From Planctomycetota bacterium (GTDB lineage: Bacteria; Planctomycetota; B15-G4; SIAN01): a stretch of 64,000 bases of DNA. The DNA is taken from contig JANNXA010000022.1 of assembly GCA_031409275.1 (NCBI GenBank), forward strand, positions 96,001 to 160,000, read 5' to 3'. The notes under the pieces are model-generated. The model searched no databases. It was not told the origin of the DNA and worked only from the letters and a program-made list of their open reading frames with translations. Positions 35,275 to 45,477 of the stretch are shown here, piece by piece (within the stretch, counting starts at the first letter, position 1; each line of letters begins with the position of its first letter). The position numbers and the translations under genes were made by a program.

Positions 35275-37235
35275 CGCGAATCCTCCGGATGGGCGCCGCA
35301 ACCGCAGCCCTCCCCATGGTCGTGCGCGTCCAGCAGACCCGGACGCCGTGCCGTGAACGGGCTCGGTTCGCCAAACGGAGTGGCGAACTTGCCGGTGAGC
35401 GATTCCTTGGTCGCCGTGCCCGTCAGCTGGAACTCGAACTTGCGGCCCTGGAACTCGGCGCTGATGGTGAGGGCGAAGGCATCGCCTTCGAGCTTCCCGC
35501 TCGAGATCGCAGCCGTCCCCATCTCGCTCTCGAGCGAGCCGCTGAGAGTTCCTCCCTCCTGCTTCAAGGTCAGTGTCGCCGTGAAGCCGTTGGCGCCATC
35601 GCCCTTCAGTTGCCAGGTGCCGGTGAGGTCGAGCGGCTCCGTGACCGCGGCCGGCGGCGTCGCGCCGCCAACTTGGCTAGGGTCGCCGCTGCTCGCGTCC
35701 TTCTTCGCCTCGGCTTCCTTCTTCTTGACCGGCCCGACGTAGTGGTCGCTCCCGATGAAGACGTGCCGGACGGCTCGCTCTTTGGAGGCGAGGTCGCCCT
35801 CCACCACGATCAAGTTGGCGCGAGCGCCGACCCGGATCGAGCCGAGTTCACGCTCGCTGCCGAAGAGGCGCGCGGGGGTCGTCGTCAACGCCGCGATCGC
35901 CGCGTCCGCGGCGAGCCCATGTTCGAGCGCGACGCGCAGATCGGCGAAGAAATCGCTCGGCCCGCTGCTGCCACGTTGCGACAGGGCGACGTCGACGTGG
36001 GCGGCGAGCAGCCGCTCGACGTTCTCGACCTCGTCGATCCAGGCGGCTTCGCGCTGTTCGAAGAGTTCGAGCGGCTCGGCGAGAAGGGCGTCCTCGACCT
36101 CCCATTCCTGCACGGGCTTCGCGGCGTTCTCCACGGCCGCCACCTCCGCTGGAGCGGTGGCCGGCACCGCCGCGCTCTCCGCGGGAACAGGGGCGGGCGT
36201 CGCCGCGGCTGCCGCCTCCGTCTTCTTGCGCTTGGCGCCGCGCCGTTCCGGGGCGTCGGGGAAGGCGAGGCTCGCGATCACCGGCGTCTTCGTCGCCGCG
36301 AGCTCGGCGGCGCACTTCCACGCCTCCTTGCCACCGACGATCCAGGGGGCGAGCCCGAACTCCTGCGCCAGCGCGAGGGCGCGCCGGATGTCGTTCTCGC
36401 GATCGACGAGGAACGCGACTCGCAGCTTTCCGTTCAGCGCCAATCCAAGCGTCTCGAGGCACTCGTCGTCCGGCGGCCGTTCCACACCGGCCTGCTCACG
36501 ACTCCACGCCTCCTGCCATCGCGTCAGATGGCGTGCGTCGAGGAAGGCCTGGCGCAGGTGAGCGAGCGCACCCATCAACGTGGTCGGGTAGCCGAACTCG
36601 CCGTCGTCCCGCGGGCGGCCGCGTCCGCCGCCCCCACCGCCGCTCGCGCTGCGGTACTTGAGCAACAGCACTCCCGGTTCGCCGATCACGGCGCGGCGCG
36701 GCGGCGCGTCCGAAAGTTCGAGCAGACACGCCTGACCGGGCAACAACCCCTCGAGCGGTGCGAGCAACTGGGCCGTGAAGCCGGCGAAACGCAGCTTGTC
36801 GAGCGCGTCATGGTTCGGAGCGCCAAGCAGCGCCCGCGCCCGCAGCTCGGGCCGCAGGCCGCGGCGGCTCGCTTCGGCGGTCTCAGCGAAGGCCGCCTTC
36901 CCGTAGTCCTGCGCCTCGCCATCGCTCTTCGGGAGCAACGGCAACCCCGACTCCTTGTCGAGGGCGAGTTCGCCGAAACCGTCAATGAAGCCGGGCCACA
37001 CGGTGAGTCCGCTCACGTCGAGGCGCTCGCATCCCGCGGGTAGCGGCAGCTCGGCGCCGATGGCGGCGACGCGGCCGTCGACGATCAGCAGGGTCACCCC
37101 GTCCTGGGTGCCGCTCGCGCTGACCACCCGCGCTTTCTCGAGTGCGATCGACTCTCCCGCCGGCGCGACGGGCGCCAACAGCCAGAGGCCCGACAGCGCC
37201 AAAGCGCGTCCCGGATCGTGTCGCGTGACCCCCAT
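35271..37235 (-). CDS. Exported amidohydrolase-fold protein (metal His motif absent)
   Basis: PGFIDGFG, YPTTLMG, GSIRVGARANL. ATGA overlap with the downstream amidohydrolase. Confidence 0.85.
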   Translation of the reverse strand: MGVTRHDPGRALALSGLWLLAPVAPAGESIALEKARVVSASGTQDGVTLLIVDGRVAAIGAELPLPAGCERLDVSGLTVWPGFIDGFGELALDKESGLPLLPKSDGEAQDYGKAAFAETAEASRRGLRPELRARALLGAPNHDALDKLRFAGFTAQLLAPLEGLLPGQACLLELSDAPPRRAVIGEPGVLLLKYRSASGGGGGGRGRPRDDGEFGYPTTLMGALAHLRQAFLDARHLTRWQEAWSREQAGVERPPDDECLETLGLALNGKLRVAFLVDRENDIRRALALAQEFGLAPWIVGGKEAWKCAAELAATKTPVIASLAFPDAPERRGAKRKKTEAAAAATPAPVPAESAAVPATAPAEVAAVENAAKPVQEWEVEDALLAEPLELFEQREAAWIDEVENVERLLAAHVDVALSQRGSSGPSDFFADLRVALEHGLAADAAIAALTTTPARLFGSERELGSIRVGARANLIVVEGDLASKERAVRHVFIGSDHYVGPVKKKEAEAKKDASSGDPSQVGGATPPAAVTEPLDLTGTWQLKGDGANGFTATLTLKQEGGTLSGSLESEMGTAAISSGKLEGDAFALTISAEFQGRKFEFQLTGTATKESLTGKFATPFGEPSPFTARRPGLLDAHDHGEGCGCGAHPEDSR

Positions 37236-37367
37236 CGCATGCTCCTACGGCCGACGTAGCGCCGGCGATTCGTCAGATTGCCAAGTGCGGTGACGGCGAT
37301 ACAGGCTGCGCACCGCACGAGCGGAGCGCCGTTGAGTTCCGCCTCGCCACCACGGAGACTGCCGCGC

Positions 37368-38327
37368 ATGAATCAAAAAGCCGCCTCCGACCCGTCGAGT
37401 CCCCGGCTCGCCGAGCGGCTGCGTCCACCGCTTTCGCGCGCGCTGCTCGGCAAGCCGGACGCCATCGACGCCCTCCTCACGGCGCTGTTCGCGGGCGGCC
37501 ACCTGCTGCTCGAAGACGTTCCAGGGGTCGGCAAGACGATGCTGGCGAAGGCGCTCGCGCGCTGCCTCGACCTCTCGTTCCACCGCATCCAGTTCACCGC
37601 CGACCTGCTCCCCGCGGACCTGCTCGGGGTCGCGGTGCTGCAACCGGAACGCGGCACGTTCGAATGGAAGCCGGGCCCGATCTTCGCGCACGTCGTGCTC
37701 GCGGACGAACTCAACCGAACCCCGCCACGAACGCAGTCGAGCCTGCTCGAGGCGCTCGAGGACGGCCACGTGAGCGTCGACGGCCAGGTTCACGAGTTGC
37801 CGCAGCCGTTCTTCGTCGTGGCCACGCAGAACCCGGTCGAGTTCGCGGGTACCTATCCGCTCCCGGAGTCGGAGCTCGACCGATTCCTCTTGTGCACCTC
37901 GATCGGCCACCCCGATCGCGCCACCGAGCGGCGCATCCTCGAAGCGCATCGCAGCGGCGCGCCGATCGACTCGCTGCAGCCGGTTGCGACGGCGGCGGAC
38001 GTGCTGGCCGAGCGGGCGGCCGTCGCGAAGGTGCGCATGGACGCAAGCCTCCTCGAGTACCTGCTCGACATCGTGGAAGCGACGCGCCGCGACGGCCGCA
38101 TTCGCCTCGGCGCGAGTCCGCGGGCCGCGATCGCCTTCGAGCGCGCCGCGCGGGCACGGGCGCGCGTGCGCGGGCGCGACTACGTCGTGCCAGAGGACGT
38201 GAAGGAGCTGGCGATTCCGGTGCTCGCTCATCGGATCGTGGTGAGCGGCGCGGGTGGCGAGGGCGGTCGCAGCCACGCGGCGCGTGTGCTCGGCGAACTG
38301 CTCGAGCGGCTCGTCGTGCCCGCGTGA
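37368..38327 (+). CDS. moxR: MoxR-family AAA+ ATPase
   Basis: LLEDVPGVGKT, RIQFTADLLPAD, DELNR, VATQNPVE..GTYPLPESELDRF. Confidence 0.95.
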   Translation: MNQKAASDPSSPRLAERLRPPLSRALLGKPDAIDALLTALFAGGHLLLEDVPGVGKTMLAKALARCLDLSFHRIQFTADLLPADLLGVAVLQPERGTFEWKPGPIFAHVVLADELNRTPPRTQSSLLEALEDGHVSVDGQVHELPQPFFVVATQNPVEFAGTYPLPESELDRFLLCTSIGHPDRATERRILEAHRSGAPIDSLQPVATAADVLAERAAVAKVRMDASLLEYLLDIVEATRRDGRIRLGASPRAAIAFERAARARARVRGRDYVVPEDVKELAIPVLAHRIVVSGAGGEGGRSHAARVLGELLERLVVPA

Positions 38328-38340
38328 CGTTCGCGCGCCG

Positions 38341-39474
38341 ATGAACGTGCGGCGACGCTTCAGTCCGGCCGGCAAGCTCTGCCTGCTCGCGTCGGCGGCG
38401 TTCGGCGTGACGGCGCTGCTCTTCGGTCATCCTTTTCCCGCGCTCGCCGCGGGATTCACGCTCGGTCTGCTGGCGTTCAGTTCGCCGGGTCGCGCCACGT
38501 TCGAGCGCCTGCGTTTCCTGCAGCTGCCGCCGGCGCGTCTCCTCGAAGATGACGAGCGCTGGCTCGAGATCGACTATTCGCTCACCGGAGCGGTGGCGCC
38601 GCTGGCGGTGTCGTTGCGCGCGCATGGACCGGCGGCAGCGCTCGAGGCGGCGACGCCCGCGCTCCTGCCGACGCCGCTCGGCCGGCTGCCGATCCGCGTG
38701 CGTGCCCTCCGCCGTGGCCGGCACGAAAAGCTCGCGTTCGAAGTGCAGCTTCGCGGCGCGTTCGGGCTGCGTTCGCAGATCGCGATGTTCGAGGTACCGA
38801 CCGATCTGTGGGTGCTTCCGCGACCGCGCGTCCTGCGCGAGCGCGTGCTGGAGCAGATGCTGGCGCTGCGCCCGTGGGGTAGCGAGCGACCGCAACCCTC
38901 CGGCCCCGGCGAAGGCGACTTCTACGCGCTGCGTGATTGGCGCGAAGGCGACGCCGAGCACGCGGTTTCGCCGCGCCTCTCGGCCCGGCGCGGCCGCAAG
39001 GTGGTGCGCATCTTTCGCGGCGAAGCGCCGCCGGTGGTCCACGTCGTCGTCGACCTGCGAGTGGCGCGCGGTGGCAAGCGTTTCGGTCAGGTCGACTTCG
39101 ACGAGGCGATGCGCTTTGCGGCGGGGATCGTGAAAGTGCTGCTGCGCCGCGCCGTGCCCGTGTCGCTGACATTGCTCGAAACGGATGGCGCGCGCCTCGC
39201 CGTCGCCGCGAGCTGCCGCGACCTCCATGCCTACCTCGGCGCGCTGGCGCTGGCGCGGCCGCAGCCGTGCCTGACGCCGCCCGACGCTCCGGTCGGGGTC
39301 GCTGCGACGCTCGCGGGTCGCAAGGTATTGCTCCATCTGGGCCAGATCGCGGAGGAGCAGCTGCCGAGTGGCTGGCTCGCCATCCGCGTCGGCGCTCGCC
39401 GCTACTACCAGTTGCTCGACCTGCAGCTCTCGGCGTCGCCCACGCCCGAAGCGGAGGTGCGCGATGAGCGATGA
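38341..39474 (+). CDS. DUF58 protein
   Basis: GDFYALRDWREGD motif, N-terminal TMs, position after moxR. Confidence 0.85.
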   Translation: MNVRRRFSPAGKLCLLASAAFGVTALLFGHPFPALAAGFTLGLLAFSSPGRATFERLRFLQLPPARLLEDDERWLEIDYSLTGAVAPLAVSLRAHGPAAALEAATPALLPTPLGRLPIRVRALRRGRHEKLAFEVQLRGAFGLRSQIAMFEVPTDLWVLPRPRVLRERVLEQMLALRPWGSERPQPSGPGEGDFYALRDWREGDAEHAVSPRLSARRGRKVVRIFRGEAPPVVHVVVDLRVARGGKRFGQVDFDEAMRFAAGIVKVLLRRAVPVSLTLLETDGARLAVAASCRDLHAYLGALALARPQPCLTPPDAPVGVAATLAGRKVLLHLGQIAEEQLPSGWLAIRVGARRYYQLLDLQLSASPTPEAEVRDER

Positions 39475-41542
39475 GGGGGCGTTGCGGCCGCGCTTTCCGT
39501 TGCGCGAGCTCTTCGGCGGGCTGCTGATCGCGCTGGCCGCATCATCGTGCGGAGCGCCGAGCCTCGCGACGGCGCTCGCGCTCGCCGGAACGATCCTGCT
39601 GGCGGCGGCGATCCGAGCCTGGACGATGCGCGGCCGCGACCGCATGGGCACGCTTCGGCGCGCCGCGCTGCCGCTCACACTCGCCCTCGGCGCGGCGCTG
39701 CTCGCGGTGTGGGGCCATTCGCCGGAGCACGCGGCGCCGCGCTTCCAGGTGAGCTGGTGGTTGCTGGTCGGAGTTCCATTCGCGATCTGGGTGGCGCAGG
39801 ATGCGGAAGGCGTGTTGCCGCGCGTTCCGGCGCTCGCCGCCTGTTTCTACTTCGCGTTGATGCTCGGCCTGTTGGGAGCCGAGCCATGGGATCAGCGCGT
39901 CGGCCGGATGTTGGTGGCGGCGCTGGCCGTGGTGGGCGTCGCCGCGGCGGCGCTCGATGCGACGCGCCGGATGCTGCCGCGCGGGGCGCCCGCGCCGTCG
40001 TCGTCGAGCTGGCGCCGCGCGATCGCCACGTGGATCGTGGTTGCGTTGCTGGCGCTGCTGTGTGGAGTCGGACTCGACCTCGCTCTTGGCCCACTCCCGC
40101 GGTCGTGGCTCGAGCCACCGCCGCCGCCGCGCAACGATGCGCTCGGGGCGCGGCTTCCGGCACCGACGGCGGGCGACCCGACGCGAACGCTCGCACTGGT
40201 CCGGTGGCTCGGCGATGGCGCGGCGCCCCCCGCTCGGCTCTATCTGCGCGAGCGAGTGCTCGACGAGCTGATCGAAGGCGACGACCTGCTCTACCTCGGT
40301 GCGCGCATCGGTGCGGCGAGCTGGCGGCGCGACGATGAGGATGGCGTGCTCGACCACCGCGTCGTCGCGCCCGAAGCGGCGTCAGGAGCCGCCGCGACGG
40401 ACGAGGTGGCGTTCCAGGTCACGTTGCTCGGAGCGGCGCCGCGCGTGCTGTTGCGGGTCGATGCGCCGCGCTGGATCGACGGCGAGAGCTTCACGATCGG
40501 GCCCGACCTCGCCTTCGAGCGACCCAACGCTCAATCGGAAGCGTTCAGCTATCGAGTGGGCGCCGCGCTGCCCGACGCGCTGCTGGCCGCGAGCGGGTCA
40601 TGGAGCGCCGCGCCGGATCTGGAAGGCCGGCGATTGCCCGACAAGTTCGACGGCCGCGCGACGTTCGAGGCGCTGCTCGCCAAGCTGGCGGTGCCCGCAG
40701 GCGACGCGCGGTCGCAAGTGCATGCGCTTGTCGAGAACTTGCGCAGCACCGGTCGCATCGACGCTTCGCAACCGTTCCGAAGCTGGACCGACTTCCTCGC
40801 CCTGCGCGCCGGATCGCCGCTCCATTTCGCGCAGAGCGCCGCGTTGCTCGCGCGGCTCGCGCGTTTCCCGGCGCGTGTCGTCGCCGGCTTCGCGACCGAC
40901 CGTTTCGTCGCCGCGGAGCGCAGCTTCGAAGTGCGCGCGAACGACGCGCACTACTGGATCGAGGTGGCGTTCGACGAGCGCGGCTGGGTTGGCTTCGATC
41001 CGTGCCCGCTCCTGGCCGGAGCGTCCGACTCGGAAGTCGCGGAGGCCGCGCTGGAACAGCAGGATCAGGTCGATCGCAAGTCCCTGCGCAACACGTTCGT
41101 GCAGCAGCGGCCGCTGATCGTCGGACTCGCGTTGTTGCTGCTGGTGGCGGCGATCTTCGCCTTCCCGACGCTACGAACGCGGGTCGAGCAGATGCTGCGC
41201 AGCCGCGGCCCGGCCGGCGTCGCGCCGCCCGCTCGCCGCGCGTGGCGCTTCTGGCAGGAACTCATCGAGCGATGCCGACGGCACGGGCTCGCCCCCCATC
41301 CCTCGTGGACGGCGAGCGAGTTCGCCAGCGCACTGGCGGCAGCGTTGCCGTCGCAGCGCGACGGGCTCAGCGACCTTTTGCGTCTCTATCACGAGGGACG
41401 TTTCGGGAACGCGACGCTGGCCGAGGCGGACGAGGCGCGCGTGCGCGAGGTGCTCGATGCGGAGTTGCCGGCGGCGCTGACGATCTGGCAGCGCGAGCGG
41501 AAGGCGGCGACGCCAGACGCTCCGGACCGCAATAGACGTTGA
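39464..41542 (+). CDS. Multi-TM transglutaminase-like protein (catalytic Cys absent)
   Basis: GSPLHFA..PARVVAGF, DAHYWIEV, GWVGFDP; C-terminal TASEFA/YHEGRFG segment. Confidence 0.85.
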   Translation: MSDEGALRPRFPLRELFGGLLIALAASSCGAPSLATALALAGTILLAAAIRAWTMRGRDRMGTLRRAALPLTLALGAALLAVWGHSPEHAAPRFQVSWWLLVGVPFAIWVAQDAEGVLPRVPALAACFYFALMLGLLGAEPWDQRVGRMLVAALAVVGVAAAALDATRRMLPRGAPAPSSSSWRRAIATWIVVALLALLCGVGLDLALGPLPRSWLEPPPPPRNDALGARLPAPTAGDPTRTLALVRWLGDGAAPPARLYLRERVLDELIEGDDLLYLGARIGAASWRRDDEDGVLDHRVVAPEAASGAAATDEVAFQVTLLGAAPRVLLRVDAPRWIDGESFTIGPDLAFERPNAQSEAFSYRVGAALPDALLAASGSWSAAPDLEGRRLPDKFDGRATFEALLAKLAVPAGDARSQVHALVENLRSTGRIDASQPFRSWTDFLALRAGSPLHFAQSAALLARLARFPARVVAGFATDRFVAAERSFEVRANDAHYWIEVAFDERGWVGFDPCPLLAGASDSEVAEAALEQQDQVDRKSLRNTFVQQRPLIVGLALLLLVAAIFAFPTLRTRVEQMLRSRGPAGVAPPARRAWRFWQELIERCRRHGLAPHPSWTASEFASALAAALPSQRDGLSDLLRLYHEGRFGNATLAEADEARVREVLDAELPAALTIWQRERKAATPDAPDRNRR

Positions 41543-42383
41543 GGCGGTCGTCGCGCACGAAGGCGACGAGAGTCTGTCCACCCGCCTGCGCCAGTTCGAC
41601 CGCGAGCGAACTCGGCGCCGAGACTGCGGCGACGATCGGGATGCCGGCGACGCGCGCCTTCTGGACGATCTCGTAGCCGGCGCGACCGCTGACGAAGAGA
41701 AGGGCGTTCGACAGCGGCAACAGGTGGGCGCGCATCGCAGCACCGATCACCTTGTCGACGGCGTTGTGACGGCCAACGTCCTCGCGCAGCGCCACGATCT
41801 TCAGCCCACCTCCGTGCGGCACGCACAACGCCGCCGCATGGAGTCCGCCGGTGCGCGCAAACGCCGGTTGGCGTGCACGTAGCGCGTTCGGCAGCGCCAG
41901 CACCCAATCGGGATCGAGGCGTGGGCCTGGCGCGACTGGCGCCGCGCGAGTCGCCAGATCGTCGATGGTCTGGCGCCCGCAGATGCCGCACGCGCTGCTC
42001 GCCATGAGCCGGCGGCGGGCGCGTGCGAGCGTCGCGCGTGGCGCGCCGCGACGCGTGACGAGCACGACGTTGCCCGCGGCGGCGGCGGGGCTTCCGGATC
42101 GGCAGTGGCCGATCGCCGCGATCTCGGTGGAACTACGAACGAGACCTTCGGCGAGGAGCAGGCCACGCACCAGGTCGAGATCGTCCCCAGGAGTGCGCAT
42201 CAGAACGGCGAGCGGGTGGCCATCGACGCGCAGTTCGAGCGGCTCCTCCACCACGATCTCGTCGTGGTCGGCGGCGAGAGGTCGGGAGCGTCGATGGCGC
42301 CAGACGTTGACGGGGCGGACCAGCGGCCCGAGGTGGGTGGCGAGCGGTTCGGTCGGGGTCACGGGACGGCGCGGCGACGGCAT
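41367..42383 (-). CDS. fdhD: Formate dehydrogenase accessory sulfurtransferase
   Basis: VEEPL, MRTPG, SSACGICG, TGGLHAAA, EDVGRHNAVDK, SGRAGYEIVQK, SAPSSLAV. Confidence 0.95.
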   Translation of the reverse strand: MPSPRRPVTPTEPLATHLGPLVRPVNVWRHRRSRPLAADHDEIVVEEPLELRVDGHPLAVLMRTPGDDLDLVRGLLLAEGLVRSSTEIAAIGHCRSGSPAAAAGNVVLVTRRGAPRATLARARRRLMASSACGICGRQTIDDLATRAAPVAPGPRLDPDWVLALPNALRARQPAFARTGGLHAAALCVPHGGGLKIVALREDVGRHNAVDKVIGAAMRAHLLPLSNALLFVSGRAGYEIVQKARVAGIPIVAAVSAPSSLAVELAQAGGQTLVAFVRDDRLNVYCGPERLASPPSARAARSSAPPATPHRAPRARAPRPPRPASRSRNVPRDRDAKGR

Positions 42384-42449
42384 GCGGGGATCGTAGCGGG
42401 CTGCTCTGCGCGCTCGTGCGCGGACGTCGCGGGCCTGGACGGCCCTGGA

Positions 42450-42620
42450 TCAGTGGCGCAAGGCCACCCAACTGCCGATGGCGAGGGCGACGCCCACCAC
42501 CAGGGCGAACGAGAGCCAGCCAAGTCCGCTGGTGTTGCCGACCGGGTGCTGGATCCCCCCCCACATGCGGTAGCCGCGGTGCGATTGGTAGCTGCTCGAG
42601 GAATCGTCGTCGCGGATCAT
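42450..42620 (-). CDS. Small single-TM protein (56 aa)
   Basis: AAGGA upstream of ATG 42620; C-terminal TM. Confidence 0.55.
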   Translation of the reverse strand: MIRDDDSSSSYQSHRGYRMWGGIQHPVGNTSGLGWLSFALVVGVALAIGSWVALRH

Positions 42621-42787
42621 CGGAGTCCTTTCCGCGGGCGAGCTTGCGCTCCTCCGCTGGAAGCTGCATCGGTTGTTGCCGACCCGTGTTGCGCTTCGCG
42701 GAAGCAATTTCTGCTGCGGCTGAACTCGCGACCGGGTCGAGTTATCGTGCGCGTCCCAATTCCGCACGGACCCGAGGGTGGAAGCCG

Positions 42788-43702
42788 ATGAGCGAACGCG
42801 TTCAACAGATCCTGAGCTGGTACGAGTCGGACAGCCCGGGGACCAAGGCCAACCTCTATCGCCTGCTGATGAGCGGGCGCCTGGCCGGCACCGGCAAGTT
42901 GGTGATCCTCCCGGTCGACCAGGGCTTCGAGCACGGTCCGGCGCGCAGCTTCGCCAAGAATCCGGCCGGCTACGACCCGAACTACCACTTCGAACTCGCG
43001 ATCCAGGCGGGCTGCAATGCGTACGCCGCGCCGCTCGGATTCCTCGAAGCGGGCGCTGGGAAGTACGCCGGCCGCATCCCGCTCATCCTGAAGCTGAACA
43101 ACAGCGATTCGCTCTACAAGGACAAGGATCCTTGCTCGGCGGTGAGCAGCTCGGTGAAGGAAGCGCTGCGGCTCGGGTGCGCGGCGATCGGCTTCACCAT
43201 CTATCCCGGCAGCTCGCTGCGCAACGAGATGTACCAGCAACTGCGTGAGCTCACCGAGGAAGCGAAGCGCAACGGGTTGGCGGTCGTCGTCTGGAGCTAC
43301 CCGCGCGGCACCGGCCTGTCGAAGGCCGGCGAGACCGGGATCGACGTGGTCGCCTACGCGGCGCACATCGCGGCGCAACTCGGCGCGCACATCATCAAGG
43401 TGAAGCCGCCGACGGAGCACCTCGAACAGGACGAGGCGAAGAAGGTCTACCTCGAGCAGAAGATCGCGATCGGGACGCTGGCGGATCGCGTGCGCCACGT
43501 CGTCCAGGCCTCCTTCGGCGGCCGTCGAATCGTGATCTTCTCCGGCGGCGAAGCGAAGGGCACCGACGCGGTGCTCGAAGAGATTCGCGGCATCCATGCG
43601 GGCGGCGGTTTCGGTTCGATCGTCGGCCGCAACAGCTTCCAGCGCCCGCTTCCGGAAGCGATCAAGCTGCTGCAGTCGATCCAGGACATCTATCGCGGTT
43701 GA
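42788..43702 (+). CDS. fbaB: Class I fructose-bisphosphate aldolase (DhnA type)
   Basis: ILPVDQGFEHGP, WSYPRG, AHIIKVKPP, FSGG, GRNSFQR. Confidence 0.95.
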   Translation: MSERVQQILSWYESDSPGTKANLYRLLMSGRLAGTGKLVILPVDQGFEHGPARSFAKNPAGYDPNYHFELAIQAGCNAYAAPLGFLEAGAGKYAGRIPLILKLNNSDSLYKDKDPCSAVSSSVKEALRLGCAAIGFTIYPGSSLRNEMYQQLRELTEEAKRNGLAVVVWSYPRGTGLSKAGETGIDVVAYAAHIAAQLGAHIIKVKPPTEHLEQDEAKKVYLEQKIAIGTLADRVRHVVQASFGGRRIVIFSGGEAKGTDAVLEEIRGIHAGGGFGSIVGRNSFQRPLPEAIKLLQSIQDIYRG

Positions 43703-43758
43703 CCGCCGCTGCGCCGCTGCGCGCATCGGGCCCGCGCCGCTTCGAGGAGGTGGCCTGC

Positions 43759-45474
43759 ATGCGCGACGTCGCCGTTCCCGCGTTCGTAGCGATCGTCCTG
43801 CTCGCGGCAGGTCGCGCCTCGGCGTCGCATCAGGAGGCCGGCGCGCTCGACCTGCGCGCGTCGTACGACGTGCGCGACGTGCGGCTCGACCTCTTCGTCG
43901 ATCCGGCGGCGAAGGTCGTGCGCGGCTGCGGGGTCACGACCGCGACCGTCACGGCAGAGACGTTGTCGACGATCGTGCTCGACCTTGATCGCCGGTTGCT
44001 GGCCCAGGCGGTGCATCGGGTCGATGGCGATCCGTTCCGCAAGCTGCTGCCGGCGGGCGACCCCCTGCTCTTCGATCATGACGGCGACCAGCTGCGCATC
44101 ACCTTGCCGACCCCGCTTGCGCGCGGCGACCGGTTCGGAGTCGCCGTGTGGTACTCGGGCCGACCGGTGCGCCAGGACGACTTCAACGGCTTCCAATGGG
44201 CGACGACCCCCGACGGTCAGCCGTGGATCGCGACCTCGTGCCAGACGATCGGCGAGCACACCTGGTGGCCGTGCAAGGCGGCCTACTACCATCCGGAGGA
44301 CAAGCCGGAGCGGGTGGCCGTCAACGTGACGGTACCGACCCCGCTCGTCGCCGCGAGCAACGGCCGTCTGATCGACGTCGAGCGCGGCGCCGGGGTCACG
44401 ACGTGGCGCTGGCAGCTCGACGACTCGATCCCGAGCTACGCCATCGCCGTCGCGATCGGGCCCTACGAAGTGATCGAGTCGGAGGTCGCGCTGCCCGGTC
44501 TCGCGGCGCCGCTGGCGCTGCGCTACTTCGTCCTGCCGCAGAGCGTCGCGAAGGCGAAGAAGCAGTTCGCGCAGGTTCCCGAGTTGCTGCGGTTCTTCAG
44601 CGAGAAGTTCGGTCCCTTCCCATTCCCCGAAGCGAAGTTCGCGTTGGCCGAGACGCCGATCTGGGGCATGGAGCACGCGACCGTGATCGCGTACGGAAAC
44701 AGCTTCCCCGACGCGATCCGCGGCACCGGCGAAGTGGATCCCTACGAGCTGCGCAACAAGCTCTTCGACTACGTGCTCGTCCACGAGGCCGCGCACGAGT
44801 GGTGGGGCAACTCGGTCACGGCCGGCAGTTGGGGCGACTTCTGGCTGCACGAGGGATTCGCCACCTATGCCGAGGCGCTGTGGGTCGAGCACGTCCACGG
44901 CCTCGACGTGGCGCTCGATTTCATGCAGTCCAAGAAGGCGGGCGTCGCGGAGCTGGCCACCGTCTATCGCCCGCGCCGCACCACCGCGGCGAGCGCCTAT
45001 GACACGCAGATGTACGACAAGGGCGCCTGGCTCCTCCACATGCTGCGCTACGTGATGGGCGATGAGCCGTTCTTTGGCGCGCTGCGCGACTTCGGGACCG
45101 ATCCGCGCTGGAAGCACTCGACCTGCAGCAGCGCCGATTTCCAGGCCGCGTGCGAAGTGCGTCACGGTTCCTCGTTGCGCAGCTTCTTCCAGCCATGGCT
45201 CTATGGGACGCGCTGGCCGAGCTTCACGGTCCGCAAGCCCAAGCTCGAGGGGCACAAGGCGACGTTGTCGGTCGAGTGCAAGAGCAGCGGACAGTTCCGC
45301 TACGAGCTGCCGCTCGACGTCGAGGCGACCTGCGAGGATGGGTCGCGCTTGCGCCAGCGCTTCACCGTCGTCACCGGCAGCAACAGCTTCGAGATGACCG
45401 CAGCCGCGCCGATCGTCTCGGTGCGCTATCCCGGTTTCCGCTGGCTCTTGTGCGACGTGCGCGAGGTGCCTTGA
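43759..45474 (+). CDS. M1 family aminopeptidase, exported
   Basis: GAGGAGG RBS, signal peptide, WGMEH, HEAAHEWWGN...WLHEGFATY, YDKGAW. Confidence 0.93.
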   Translation: MRDVAVPAFVAIVLLAAGRASASHQEAGALDLRASYDVRDVRLDLFVDPAAKVVRGCGVTTATVTAETLSTIVLDLDRRLLAQAVHRVDGDPFRKLLPAGDPLLFDHDGDQLRITLPTPLARGDRFGVAVWYSGRPVRQDDFNGFQWATTPDGQPWIATSCQTIGEHTWWPCKAAYYHPEDKPERVAVNVTVPTPLVAASNGRLIDVERGAGVTTWRWQLDDSIPSYAIAVAIGPYEVIESEVALPGLAAPLALRYFVLPQSVAKAKKQFAQVPELLRFFSEKFGPFPFPEAKFALAETPIWGMEHATVIAYGNSFPDAIRGTGEVDPYELRNKLFDYVLVHEAAHEWWGNSVTAGSWGDFWLHEGFATYAEALWVEHVHGLDVALDFMQSKKAGVAELATVYRPRRTTAASAYDTQMYDKGAWLLHMLRYVMGDEPFFGALRDFGTDPRWKHSTCSSADFQAACEVRHGSSLRSFFQPWLYGTRWPSFTVRKPKLEGHKATLSVECKSSGQFRYELPLDVEATCEDGSRLRQRFTVVTGSNSFEMTAAAPIVSVRYPGFRWLLCDVREVP

Positions 45475-45477
45475 CGC

